A stretch of 55,607 bases of DNA from Candidatus Portnoybacteria bacterium RIFCSPHIGHO2_02_FULL_39_12 (GCA_001819555.1 MHMZ01000012.1:1-55607); one strand, 5' to 3'. Shown: positions 25,812 to 35,024, counted from the first letter of the stretch. Numbers and translations are program-made. The notes: a model not told the origin generated them from the sequence alone.

Positions 25812-26933
25812 ATGCAAATAATTTGTCTTCAAGAAAATTTAAAACAAGCTCTTAATATCACAGAAAGAATTATCGGACGTAATTTAACTCTACCTATTTT
25901 AAATAACCTCCTTTTAACCACCGAAAATAATCGTTTAAAAATCTCTTCAACTAATTTAGAAATAGGTATTATCTCTTGGATTAACGGCAAAATTGAAAAA
26001 CCCGGAGAAATCACAATACCGGCTAAATTATTAAGTAATTTTATTGGTAATTTGCCAAATAAAAAAATTGAGATGAGGGTCAAAGGTAGTCAATTACATT
26101 TAAAATGTGAAAATTTTAAAGCCGTTTTAAACGGCTTAGAAGCAAAAGAATTCCCTATTATTCCCAAAATTAAAGACAAGCCCTTAATTAGAATTAAGGG
26201 CGGTGTTTTAAAGGCGAATTTATCTCAAGTGGTAGAGATGACTTCTCTTTCTGATTCCAGGCCTGAAATCTCCGGCGTTTTAATGAATTTTGAAAAAAAC
26301 ACAATCAAACTGGCGGCGACTGACAGTTTTCGTTTGGCTGAAAAAATAATATCCCACAACCAAAAAGAATCTATTAATCAAGCTATGATTATTCCTCAAA
26401 AGACTATTCAAGAACTAATCAGAATTTTAGGCGAAAAAGAGGCGGCCAACGATAACCAAGGGCAGGAAGTAGAAATAATTTTAGGCAATAATCAGGTTTT
26501 ATTTAATTTAGGGGATGTCCAGATTATTTCCCGGCTAATAGAGGGGCAATACCCTGATTATCAACAGATTATCCCCAAGAACTTTACAACTCACGCCACT
26601 CTTATTCGGACTGAATTAATTAATAATATCAGAGTGGCCAGTCTTTTTAGCGGCAAGGTTAATAATGTTCAGTTTTTTATTCGGTCAAAGCCGGCTTTAA
26701 TAGAAATTTTTGCCAAAGACATAGATGTCGGGGAAAATAAGTCCCAGATTGAAGCTAAAATTGAAGGCAAAGAAATAGAGATTGTCTTTAATTGCCGCTA
26801 TATTTTAGACGGCTTAAATAATATAATGAGCGATAAAGTTATTTTAGGTCTGAATAATAATTCCAGTCCGGTTATTATCAAGCCGGTCGGCGACGCAAGT
26901 TATACCTATCTGGTTATGCCTATTAAAGCGTAA
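25812..26933 (+). CDS. dnaN: DNA polymerase III beta sliding clamp
   Basis: 373 aa. Its position after dnaA, three-domain length, and the ATDSFRLA and C-terminal YLVMPIK motifs support the call. Confidence 0.93.
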   Translation: MQIICLQENLKQALNITERIIGRNLTLPILNNLLLTTENNRLKISSTNLEIGIISWINGKIEKPGEITIPAKLLSNFIGNLPNKKIEMRVKGSQLHLKCENFKAVLNGLEAKEFPIIPKIKDKPLIRIKGGVLKANLSQVVEMTSLSDSRPEISGVLMNFEKNTIKLAATDSFRLAEKIISHNQKESINQAMIIPQKTIQELIRILGEKEAANDNQGQEVEIILGNNQVLFNLGDVQIISRLIEGQYPDYQQIIPKNFTTHATLIRTELINNIRVASLFSGKVNNVQFFIRSKPALIEIFAKDIDVGENKSQIEAKIEGKEIEIVFNCRYILDGLNNIMSDKVILGLNNNSSPVIIKPVGDASYTYLVMPIKA

Positions 26934-26955
26934 AAACTTAAACCATCTTTTAAAG

Positions 26956-26990
26956 GCCGGCTCTATTTTACAAGAAAGCCGGCTTTTTTT
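26956..26990. terminator. Bidirectional hairpin terminator between convergent dnaN and the PBP gene
   Basis: GCCGGCT...AGCCGGC stem followed by T7. Confidence 0.6.
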
Positions 26991-29619
26991 ATTCTTTTAT
27001 AATAGTTATTTCGTCTTCTTCTCTGTTTAAGGCCTCATCATAAGCGCGGACTTTGATGGTTTGTTGGGCGGAAGCAGTTAGATAAGGAGTGAGATTAAAA
27101 GTAATTGAGTAGGGCTGAATAGTGTCAGCGCCGACTAATCGGTCGTTAATAAAGAAATCAAGTTGCTTAACGCCCAAAGACGCCGAGGCCTCGGCCTGAA
27201 TAGTTAGGACGGATTGGGTAATCGCTTCGTTGTTTTTTGGGGAAATAATTTTTACTTTTAGCTGTTCTTTTTTAATATGAACATCATCGTATTCGGTCGG
27301 CAATAATTGATTATAAACCGGGCAAGGAGAATTTGAGCAGGGCGGATTTTTGGCCCAAGCCAAGATCGGGGTCTCCCAATTAAGGAATTGGGGGTCGTTT
27401 TCTTGATTTTCGGGAATCGGTCCGGTCGGATTATTTTTATCAACATAATAAAGAATTGAATGGACTTCCTGATAAATTTTTTCTTCAATTAAGTCCGGCG
27501 GGGTTAAATCTGTTGCTAATTTGCCGGAAATTTTATCAATTTTTATTTTTCTCTCAAAAGCAAATTGGCCGTTAAGGATTGGTTTGCCTGTTGTTATCGG
27601 CTCTGGCGAAGTAAATTCTTCTATTTTATTAGGCAGCGTGAACAAAGCGAGGGGCTGTCCTTCAGACTCCTGAGGGGCAGCCCCTCGTAGTTCATAAGCC
27701 CGTTTCATAAACTCATTCCAAATTGGGGCCGCCACATAACTGCCATCGCCTTGCCGCATTGAAGAGCTATCATTATTGCCGGCCCAGACCCCGGCGACTA
27801 AAGACGGCGTGTACCCGACTGTCCAGCCGTCGCGGTATTCTTGAGTGGTGCCGGTTTTAACCGCGGCTGGCCGGCCAGCTAAATAAAGATTTGAATGGGA
27901 ACCAAACATCGGGGCCCGAGCTTCTTCGTCGGAAAGAATATCATTGATTTGCCTGGCAGTTTGCTGGTCTAAAACCCGGCTAGACTTATTTTGATATTCT
28001 TCTAAAATATTTCCTTTAGCATCTTTTATTTTTAAAATAGAGGCAACCGGATGTTTTATGCCTTCAGCGGCAAAGACCCCATAAGCCGCTGTTTCGTCTA
28101 AAAGTTTCACTTCGCCGCCCCCTAAAACCAAAGACAAGCTATAACGTTTTCGGTCTTTTAAGGTGGTGATACCCATATCTTGGGCCAAATTAATAGTTTC
28201 ATTTAAGCCGGCCAAATAAAGAACCTTGACCGAAACCAGGTTGATTGATTGGGCCAGGGCTTGGCGCATAGTTATTGGCCCCCGAAATCTCCCATCGTAA
28301 TTTTGCGGCTTATATTCTTTTTCTTGGCCCGGCGGACCAAACAAACCAAAACTGGTTTCTAAATCAAATAAAACAGTTTCAGGGGTAAATCCCTTTTTAA
28401 GAGCCGCGGCGTAAGCAAACGGCTTGAAAGAAGAGCCGGGCTGACGATTGGGGCTTATAGTCACATTGAAATTGCCTTGGTTTTTAATATCAAAATAGTC
28501 GCGTGAGCCGACCATAGCCAAAATCTGGCCGGTTTTTGGGTCAACGGAGACCAAAGCGGCGTTAGTGGCCAGATAGTTCTTTTTATTATAATCAGCCCTT
28601 TGGGCAATCGCTTCTTCAGCGACTTTTTGTAAATTCCAATCAAGAGTAGTATAGACTTTTAAGCCGCCCTTTTCCACGTAATCCCGGCCGTATTTTTCTT
28701 CCAAATATTCTTGGATATACATAACAAAATGAGGCGCTTTAAAGCCGTATCTTTGAGGAGCGTATTTCAATTTTTCTTTTTTTGTTTCTTCAATTTTCTC
28801 TTCGGTCAAATAGCCGAATTTCGCCATTCGGTCTAATATGTATTCTTGGCGGGCCTTAAGTTCGTCAGTATGAGAACCGTAAGGCGAATAATAAGTCGGC
28901 GCCTTGGGCAGACCGGCTAAAAGAGCGGCTTCGGCCAAAGTCAGCTCTTTGGCCGGTTTATCAAAAAAAGTTCGGGCCGCGGCCTCAATGCCATAGGCGT
29001 TAGAGCCGTAAGGCACCTGATTGAGATAAAAGCCCAAAATTTCATCTTTGTCATATTTTATTTCTAATTCCAAAGCAAGAATGGCTTCTCTGATTTTTCT
29101 GATAAAGGTTTTTTCCGGCGTTAAAAAAGCGTTTTTAATGAATTGCTGGGTGATGGTTGAGCCACCCTGGGTTATTTTTTGGCCTCGCAAGTTAGCGACA
29201 GCGGCCCGGATTATTCCTTTTAAGTCCAGGCCAAAATGATGGTAAAAATTGTCATCTTCGGCAATAATGGTTGTTTCTTTGACATATTGAGGGATTTCTT
29301 CAATCGGAATAATGGTTCTTTTTTCCTCTCCGTGAATATCATAAAGCACCACTTCGCCGGTCCGGTCATAGATTTTAGTTGACTCTACTACCTCTCGCTG
29401 GCTGATTTTTTCCGGGTCAGGCAGGTCTTTGGCAAAATAGGCAAAAACGCCCAAGCCTAAAAAAAGCAAAAGCAAAGGAGTCAAAATAATTATTCTTAAA
29501 AGTCCCTTAAATACTCTCTTTTTTCTCCGGGGCTTTTTAAATTTACCCCGCACCTTTCGCGCAAAAATACTTTGTCTGCGAAAGGTGCGGGGTTTTCGAT
29601 AATAAATTCTTCCAACCAC
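26989..29619 (-). CDS. Class A penicillin-binding protein (GT51 transglycosylase + transpeptidase) with a C-terminal Ig-like domain
   Basis: 876 aa. GT51 motifs are EDDNFYHHFG and GGSTITQQ. Transpeptidase motifs are SSFKP (SxxK) and KTGT. The cytoplasmic tail contains palindrome H at 29546-29592. Confidence 0.9.
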   Translation of the reverse strand: MVGRIYYRKPRTFRRQSIFARKVRGKFKKPRRKKRVFKGLLRIIILTPLLLLFLGLGVFAYFAKDLPDPEKISQREVVESTKIYDRTGEVVLYDIHGEEKRTIIPIEEIPQYVKETTIIAEDDNFYHHFGLDLKGIIRAAVANLRGQKITQGGSTITQQFIKNAFLTPEKTFIRKIREAILALELEIKYDKDEILGFYLNQVPYGSNAYGIEAAARTFFDKPAKELTLAEAALLAGLPKAPTYYSPYGSHTDELKARQEYILDRMAKFGYLTEEKIEETKKEKLKYAPQRYGFKAPHFVMYIQEYLEEKYGRDYVEKGGLKVYTTLDWNLQKVAEEAIAQRADYNKKNYLATNAALVSVDPKTGQILAMVGSRDYFDIKNQGNFNVTISPNRQPGSSFKPFAYAAALKKGFTPETVLFDLETSFGLFGPPGQEKEYKPQNYDGRFRGPITMRQALAQSINLVSVKVLYLAGLNETINLAQDMGITTLKDRKRYSLSLVLGGGEVKLLDETAAYGVFAAEGIKHPVASILKIKDAKGNILEEYQNKSSRVLDQQTARQINDILSDEEARAPMFGSHSNLYLAGRPAAVKTGTTQEYRDGWTVGYTPSLVAGVWAGNNDSSSMRQGDGSYVAAPIWNEFMKRAYELRGAAPQESEGQPLALFTLPNKIEEFTSPEPITTGKPILNGQFAFERKIKIDKISGKLATDLTPPDLIEEKIYQEVHSILYYVDKNNPTGPIPENQENDPQFLNWETPILAWAKNPPCSNSPCPVYNQLLPTEYDDVHIKKEQLKVKIISPKNNEAITQSVLTIQAEASASLGVKQLDFFINDRLVGADTIQPYSITFNLTPYLTASAQQTIKVRAYDEALNREEDEITIIKE
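29546..29592. repeat. Palindromic repeat, family H copy, at the 5' end of the PBP gene
   Basis: CCCCGCACCTTTCGC ... GCGAAAGGTGCGGGG with perfect 15-bp arms. Translated as KPRTFRRQSIFARKVRG if the ATG at 29619 is used. Confidence 0.85.
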
Positions 29620-29732
29620 CTTTTTATTGTGGCAAATTTAACCCATTTTGGCAAGGAGCAGAAAATCAGTATAGGGTATTTAAAAAGGAGGTATCTTAAA
29701 CCCCCTTTTTAAAGTTATCCACAACCAACATA

Positions 29733-29761
29733 TTCAAAGTTCTGAAAATGTTCGGTATAAT
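29733..29761 (+). promoter_or_regulatory. Putative promoter (TTCAAA-17-TATAAT) with an overlapping imperfect palindrome, upstream of the LexA-methyltransferase ORF
   Basis: TATAAT at 29756-29761 lies 6 nt before the ATG at 29768, giving leaderless geometry. TTCAAAGTTCTGAA (29733-29746) is an imperfect palindrome over the -35. A perfect TTATCCACA lies at 29715-29723. Confidence 0.4.
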
Positions 29762-29767
29762 ATAATT

Positions 29768-31642
29768 ATGGCAAATCTAAAAACAACGTTAAATATGCTA
29801 ACCAAAAAACAAAAACAAATCTTAGATTATATTAAGAAGTTCATCAAAGAAAATGATTACGCCCCTTCTCTTGAAGAATCAAGAAGGCATTTTAGATTAG
29901 CTTCTAAATCTACCATCCATCAGCACATAAAAACACTGAAAAATAAAGGATATCTGAATAAACTGGATTATCAGGCGCGGGCAATAGAAATCTCTAAAAA
30001 TAAAAAATCAGACTTAATAAAAATTCCCCTGCTCGGGGCTATCGCCGCTGGGGCGCCGATTGAAGCAATTGAATTTCCAGAAACAATTAGTGTCCCGAAA
30101 TCTCAATTATCTAAATCAGGGGAACATTTTGCTTTACGCGTTCAGGGCGATAGCATGATTGATGAGGGAATTTTTGATAGAGATGTCGTGGTTATCAGAA
30201 AACAGCCGGACGCGGAAAACGGCGAGACAGTTGTTGCTTTAATAAATAATGACGAGGTTACTCTAAAAAAAATCTACAAAGAAAAAAGTCGGTTTTGGCT
30301 CCAGCCGGCCAATCCCAATTTAAAACCTATCTATGCCAAAGAATTAGTCATTCAAGGAAAAGTTATTAGCGTAATTAGAAATTACGAAAAACCAAAAGAA
30401 ACAAGAACAAAAAACAATGATAGTGAATTCGCCGCCGCGACCACAAACTACATCAACCAAACAGATATCAATTACAGAAAATCCCTAGGGCAATATTTTA
30501 CGCCTAAGTCCATCAGAGAAATGCTGCTTGAAAAACTGCCCAAAATGGAAAATCCTAAAATTTTAGACCCGTCTTGCGGCACTGGCGAATTCTTGGTCAC
30601 GGCGAAAGAGTACTTTAAAAATCCTGAATTATATGGCTGGGACATAGATAAAAAATTAGTTGATACTTCCAGAAGTCTAGTTCCTGAAGCAAGACTTGAT
30701 AAGACAGACTCTCTCCTGAATGAAGATTATGATAAATATGATTTTGTTATTGGCAATCCTCCCTATTATGAATTTAAAGCGCCGGAAAAAATTAGAAGAA
30801 AATTTGGCAGTATAATGAATGGCCGAACAAATATATTTAGCTTATTTGTCTATCAGGGACTCAATTGGCTAAAAGACGGCGGCTATCTTGCTTATGTTAT
30901 TCCCCCTTCTATGAATAACGGCGCCTATTTCTATAAATTAAGAAATTACATTATCCACAACGCAAACATTGAATATCTACATATCCTTAGAGACCCGAAA
31001 ATTTTTCACGGCGCCTTGCAGTCAATAATGCTGCTTGTTCTTAAGAAAGGCAAAAATAAAGGCGATTATTTATTCAAAAAAAATGGTGTTTTGATATTTA
31101 GCGAAGGCGCTAAATATTTACAGAGGATATTTAAAGACAAAGCAACGCTACATGATTTAAACTATCAAGTAAAAACAGGTCGGCTGGTTTGGAACGAGAA
31201 TAAAAATCTGCTCACAGATAATCCCAAAGAAGGCATTCCTTTGATATGGGCACACAATATAACGAAAGAGGGTTTGGATTTCCCAGCGGTTAATGGCAAG
31301 CCGCAATATGTAAAAAGGAAAGATTTTGATGTCGGCCCGGCGATTGTGGTAAATAGAATCACCGGCACAGTTAAAGAATCAAAATTAAAAGCGGGCTTTA
31401 TCCCGCCGGGTATGAAATTTATCGCGGAAAATCATGTTAATGTAATTTTCCCGCCATCTAAACAGGAGCAGATAAAAATGGATTTTGGGAGCAATCAACC
31501 TAAAAAAAATCTGCCTATTAAAAACATTGTTAAGCAGATATCTTCAATAAGAGGATTAAAAGTTATAAAAAACATCACTGGAAACACACAAATCTCAAAA
31601 AATGAATTGGAGAAGTTATTCCCAATTTCTCTTAATTGTTAG
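29768..31642 (+). CDS. Fusion protein: LexA repressor (wHTH + S24 autopeptidase) joined to a gamma-class N6-adenine DNA methyltransferase (TaqI/Eco57I-like)
   Basis: Single uninterrupted 624-aa ORF. Residues 1-~205 form a complete LexA: the wHTH (SKSTIHQHIKTLKNKGYL), the Ala-Gly cleavage motif (LGAIAAGAPIE), the Ser nucleophile (QGDSM) and the Lys (VTLKK). Residues ~235-624 carry the methyltransferase motifs X (LGQYFTP), I (ILDPSCGTGEFL) and IV (VIGNPPY), plus a C-terminal TRD-like region (VKTGRLVWNE). Confidence 0.85.
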   Translation: MANLKTTLNMLTKKQKQILDYIKKFIKENDYAPSLEESRRHFRLASKSTIHQHIKTLKNKGYLNKLDYQARAIEISKNKKSDLIKIPLLGAIAAGAPIEAIEFPETISVPKSQLSKSGEHFALRVQGDSMIDEGIFDRDVVVIRKQPDAENGETVVALINNDEVTLKKIYKEKSRFWLQPANPNLKPIYAKELVIQGKVISVIRNYEKPKETRTKNNDSEFAAATTNYINQTDINYRKSLGQYFTPKSIREMLLEKLPKMENPKILDPSCGTGEFLVTAKEYFKNPELYGWDIDKKLVDTSRSLVPEARLDKTDSLLNEDYDKYDFVIGNPPYYEFKAPEKIRRKFGSIMNGRTNIFSLFVYQGLNWLKDGGYLAYVIPPSMNNGAYFYKLRNYIIHNANIEYLHILRDPKIFHGALQSIMLLVLKKGKNKGDYLFKKNGVLIFSEGAKYLQRIFKDKATLHDLNYQVKTGRLVWNENKNLLTDNPKEGIPLIWAHNITKEGLDFPAVNGKPQYVKRKDFDVGPAIVVNRITGTVKESKLKAGFIPPGMKFIAENHVNVIFPPSKQEQIKMDFGSNQPKKNLPIKNIVKQISSIRGLKVIKNITGNTQISKNELEKLFPISLNC

Positions 31643-32585
31643 GGGTCAAGTCAAAAATATTCAGGCAGGGCGTTTTAATCCCTTGAGCTATATTTTTCCA
31701 GTGTAAAACTATCTGCAACAATGGTTCGGATTTACTACCCCTTATTCCCGCTATTTTACAATGAGTTAATCCTTTAGGAAAAACAATCTTAAAGTCAGAA
31801 TATTTGCTAATTATTTTATTTACCCGTTCGCCAGTATCCTCTCTTCTGACAATAACCTTGCCTTTGTGGTAATTGGCATAATAGATAAAAAGATTTTGAA
31901 CTTCTTTAAAGAAGTTTTTTTCTTTTATTAAATCGACTAACGGCTCTTTTGTGTGAATGCCCAAGGTGATAAGGATAAAAAATCCTTTAATCATCTCGGC
32001 ATCTTGTTTTTGAACGCTTAAATAATTAAGATATTCTAATTTTTCCTCTCGGTCCCTTTTCTGAATATTTTTAAGAATATCCTTAGATTTTTTATTTCTT
32101 TTTAAATTCCGTAGATATCTTGCCTTTTCTTCTCTTTGCGTTATTAAATTGCTAATTTTTAAAATTTTTTGAGGGGAACGGCTGAATTTATCTAAATAAT
32201 CATCAACCCATTTATCATGATTTTTTTCTTTGCGAAAACCGCTCCAACTTTTTACCTCGCCGACAAAAAGATAGTTTTCTGTAAGAGCGTCCTGGTTAAT
32301 ATTTGCCCTGGTTCCGATCCCTGATTTTGTATCACTCATTTTAATCTCAATAAAAATTTTCTCGCCATTAGAGATAATCAGCATATCGCCTGTATTATCA
32401 TAACGATTACCCAAGTGTTTAGCTGACGAAATATTCGTAAAATCTTTTTTAATTTGCTTGGCTACCTGAAGAGCATGAAAAAACCAACGATTTTTCTTAT
32501 CGTTGGATGTCAGAGGGTTAGAGTTTAAAATTTTCTCAATAATTTTCTCCGCCTCTTCAATCAATTGTCTTTCGTGTTTTCCCAT
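31632..32585 (-). CDS. Putative type II restriction endonuclease (PD-(D/E)XK fold)
   Basis: 317 aa, very AT-rich, and convergent with the methyltransferase with an 11-bp overlap. The candidate catalytic core is GDMLIISNGEKIFIEIK (D...ExK). It has no other recognisable domain. Confidence 0.5.
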   Translation of the reverse strand: MGKHERQLIEEAEKIIEKILNSNPLTSNDKKNRWFFHALQVAKQIKKDFTNISSAKHLGNRYDNTGDMLIISNGEKIFIEIKMSDTKSGIGTRANINQDALTENYLFVGEVKSWSGFRKEKNHDKWVDDYLDKFSRSPQKILKISNLITQREEKARYLRNLKRNKKSKDILKNIQKRDREEKLEYLNYLSVQKQDAEMIKGFFILITLGIHTKEPLVDLIKEKNFFKEVQNLFIYYANYHKGKVIVRREDTGERVNKIISKYSDFKIVFPKGLTHCKIAGIRGSKSEPLLQIVLHWKNIAQGIKTPCLNIFDLTPNN

Positions 32586-32657
32586 AATCTCTAAAATTAA
32601 GTTTAATCCTTAAATTATCGCTGGTCAATTCTGGAATAACCATCATTCCGTTATTTA

Positions 32658-32686
32658 TTGACAATAATTAAAAAGAGAGATTATAA
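32658..32686 (+). promoter_or_regulatory. Putative tyrS promoter (TTGACA-17-TTATAA)
   Basis: TTGACA at 32658-32663, a 17-nt spacer, and TTATAA at 32681-32686. Confidence 0.5.
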
Positions 32687-32703
32687 AAAAGAAAAGACCC
32701 GTT

Positions 32704-32854
32704 ACGAGTGATGTGAAATTCAATTAGTTTATTCCCTGAGCGGAGCGAGCGAAGCGAGCGAAGTCGAAGGGTCTTTAGCCTTCAATGCGGCGCCTTCGAC
32801 GCCTTACTCAAGTAATAATAGTCATTTTAAGCTAAGGAATTTCACATCACGCGT
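32704..32854. mobile_element. MITE-like element with 18-bp terminal inverted repeats and a 10-bp target-site duplication
   Basis: The TIRs are ACGAGTGATGTGAAATTC (32704-32721) and GAATTTCACATCACGCGT (32837-32854), with 1 mismatch. They are flanked by the direct repeat AAGACCCGTT at 32694-32703 and 32855-32864. The interior carries family-D-like CCTGAGCGGAGCGAGCGAAGCGAGCGAAGTCGAAGG. Confidence 0.7.
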
Positions 32855-32921
32855 AAGACCCGTTGGAATAGGGCAATAGCGGGCTCTTTTCTTTTTGGTT
32901 TTATTTAGGTATAGTAAGGAT

Positions 32922-34115
32922 ATGGCAGAAGATAAAATTAAAACTTTATTAAGCAAGGGAGTGGAAGAAGTTATTAAAAGAGATAGTTTGGAAAAGAAAT
33001 TGAGAGCGGGGAAGAAATTAAGGATAAAATACGGGGCAGACCCGAGCGCGCCGGATTTGCACTTGGGACACAGCGTTTGCTTGTGGAAATTAAAAGAATT
33101 TCAGGACTTGGGGCACCAAGTTATTTTTATTATTGGCGACTTTACCGGCCTTATCGGCGACCCTTCAGGCAGGGACAAGACTCGGCCGGCCTTATCCAAA
33201 GAAGAGATAGAAAAAAACGCCAAAACCTATTTTGAGCAAGCGGGGAAAATTTTAGACATTAAAAAAATAGAAATTAAGAAGAACAGCCAGTGGTTTTCTA
33301 AAATGGATTTAGCGGATTTTTTAAAATTAGCCGGCCAATTTACTTTGGCGAGAATTATAGAAAGAGATGATTTTAGCCAGCGCTTAAAAAAGGGAATAGA
33401 CATTGGCTTTCATGAAACTATTTATCCCCTACTGCAGGCCTACGATTCAATTATGGTTAAGGCCGATGTTGAGGTCGGCGGCCGCGACCAGAAATTTAAT
33501 CTTTTGGCCGGCCGGGAGCTTCAGAAAAAAATGGGCCAGCCAGAGCAGGATTTAATGCTTTTTCCTCTTTTGGTCGGCGCTGACGGGAAAAAGAAAATGT
33601 CAAAAAGCTTAGGCAATTATATCGGCCTGACCGAATCAGCCAATGAACAATACGGCAAAATAATGTCTATTTCTGATGATTTGATTTTTCATTATTTTGA
33701 ACTCTGCGCTCGATTATCCCAAGAAGAGATTAAAGAGATTAAGAAGGAAACGGATTCAGGTCGGCTTAATCCCCGCGACGCTAAAGCGCGTTTGGCCAGA
33801 GAGATTGTTTCGCTTTATCATGGAAAAACTGCGGCAGAAAAAGCTGAAAAAGAATTTATTCAGGTTTTTCGAGAAAAGAAAAAGCCAACCCAAATGCCAG
33901 TTCAAAAAATTAAAGCCGGCAAATGGAATGTTTTAGACTTGCTTTTTAAATTAAAATTAGCCCCAAGCAAAAGCGAGGCTAAGAGATTAATAGAGCAAGG
34001 CGGGGTGAAAATAGACGGCCGGGTTGTTAAAGACTGGAAAGTTGAAATTCAAATCAAAGACGGCTTGGTTGCGCAGGTTGGAAAAAGGAAGTTTGTTAGA
34101 TTGAAGAGATCCTAA
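32922..34115 (+). CDS. tyrS: Tyrosyl-tRNA synthetase
   Basis: HIGH motif as DLHLGH, a KMSKS motif, and a C-terminal S4-like domain. The ATG at 32922 is preferred over the upstream TTG at 32895. Confidence 0.92.
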   Translation: MAEDKIKTLLSKGVEEVIKRDSLEKKLRAGKKLRIKYGADPSAPDLHLGHSVCLWKLKEFQDLGHQVIFIIGDFTGLIGDPSGRDKTRPALSKEEIEKNAKTYFEQAGKILDIKKIEIKKNSQWFSKMDLADFLKLAGQFTLARIIERDDFSQRLKKGIDIGFHETIYPLLQAYDSIMVKADVEVGGRDQKFNLLAGRELQKKMGQPEQDLMLFPLLVGADGKKKMSKSLGNYIGLTESANEQYGKIMSISDDLIFHYFELCARLSQEEIKEIKKETDSGRLNPRDAKARLAREIVSLYHGKTAAEKAEKEFIQVFREKKKPTQMPVQKIKAGKWNVLDLLFKLKLAPSKSEAKRLIEQGGVKIDGRVVKDWKVEIQIKDGLVAQVGKRKFVRLKRS

Positions 34116-34121
34116 TCAAGG

Positions 34122-35024
34122 TCAGACCTTGGCTTGCGGCTTGGATTCAATATACTTAATCACTTTTTTAGCCACATTAAGGCCGGTTATCTGACTGAAT
34201 CTTTTAAATTGAGGCGAGCGGTTGATTTCTAAAACCCGCAATTGACCGTTTTTATCCGGCATAATATCAACGCCGGCGAATTCTATTCCAGCGGTTCTTG
34301 CGGCCGTTAATGCCAATTCTTTTAATTTTTTAGTTAATTTAATTTTTTTTGAGCGCTCGGCCAAAGGAATCTTTGGTCTATTTTTACACAAAAGAGACAG
34401 CCGCTCCATTGCGCCTAACGCTTCTTCTCCTAAAATTAAAACCCGATAATATTTTTTAGCCGGATACCATTCTTGAATTAAATAGCGGCCCGCCTTGCCG
34501 CGAGGCAGGCCCAGCCACTCTTTTTTATTTCGGCTAAAAAAATCCAAAACTTCTTTTTGGGCGTCAAACCGGAAAACATAGCGGCCTCGCATTTCTTTTA
34601 AGTGTTTAACTACCAAAGGCGGCTCTATTTTTTCTAAAGTTTTTTTAAGAGCATTTAAGCCCAAGGGAAGATAAGTAATCGGTTGGGGTATGTTTTCTTC
34701 TTTTAATTTAGTATGCATTAAAAATTTATGATGGTCATAATTACTTCCGGCTAAAATATCGTCAATAACTATTTTGTTTCTATTTTTCATGTATTCGGCG
34801 ATAATTTTTGCCTCAACAATATGCCGGTTGATGGCCCGAAAAAGAATTGCGTCAAATTCAGAAATATCCCGACCTTCTTTGGTGAAAACGAAAAGATTTT
34901 GCCGAAAACTCAAAATTAATTGATTTAAGGGTATTATTTTTAAATAATGGCTTCTTTTTTCCGCTTCTTTTTTAAGCTGTTGCGATTCAGGAGATTTTTT
35001 AGAGCCGATAAGAAGAATTTTCAT
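34122..35024 (-). CDS. RimK-family ATP-grasp ligase
   Basis: 300 aa. Its C-terminal VLEINRSPQFKRFSQITGLNVAKKVIKYI is typical of RimK-type alpha-L-glutamate ligases. Overlaps the upstream gene by 4 bp. Confidence 0.75.
   Translation of the reverse strand: MKILLIGSKKSPESQQLKKEAEKRSHYLKIIPLNQLILSFRQNLFVFTKEGRDISEFDAILFRAINRHIVEAKIIAEYMKNRNKIVIDDILAGSNYDHHKFLMHTKLKEENIPQPITYLPLGLNALKKTLEKIEPPLVVKHLKEMRGRYVFRFDAQKEVLDFFSRNKKEWLGLPRGKAGRYLIQEWYPAKKYYRVLILGEEALGAMERLSLLCKNRPKIPLAERSKKIKLTKKLKELALTAARTAGIEFAGVDIMPDKNGQLRVLEINRSPQFKRFSQITGLNVAKKVIKYIESKPQAKV

Noticed and set aside
32865-32921. Possible T-box riboswitch upstream of tyrS. AATAGGGCAATAGCGGG weakly resembles the T-box AGGGUGGUACCGCG motif and is followed by a terminator-like hairpin.
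   Set aside because: Only about 10 of 14 positions match, and the UGGN that must pair with the tRNA NCCA end is absent. No Stem I or specifier loop with a Tyr codon could be identified. The upstream sequence is better explained by a MITE insertion.
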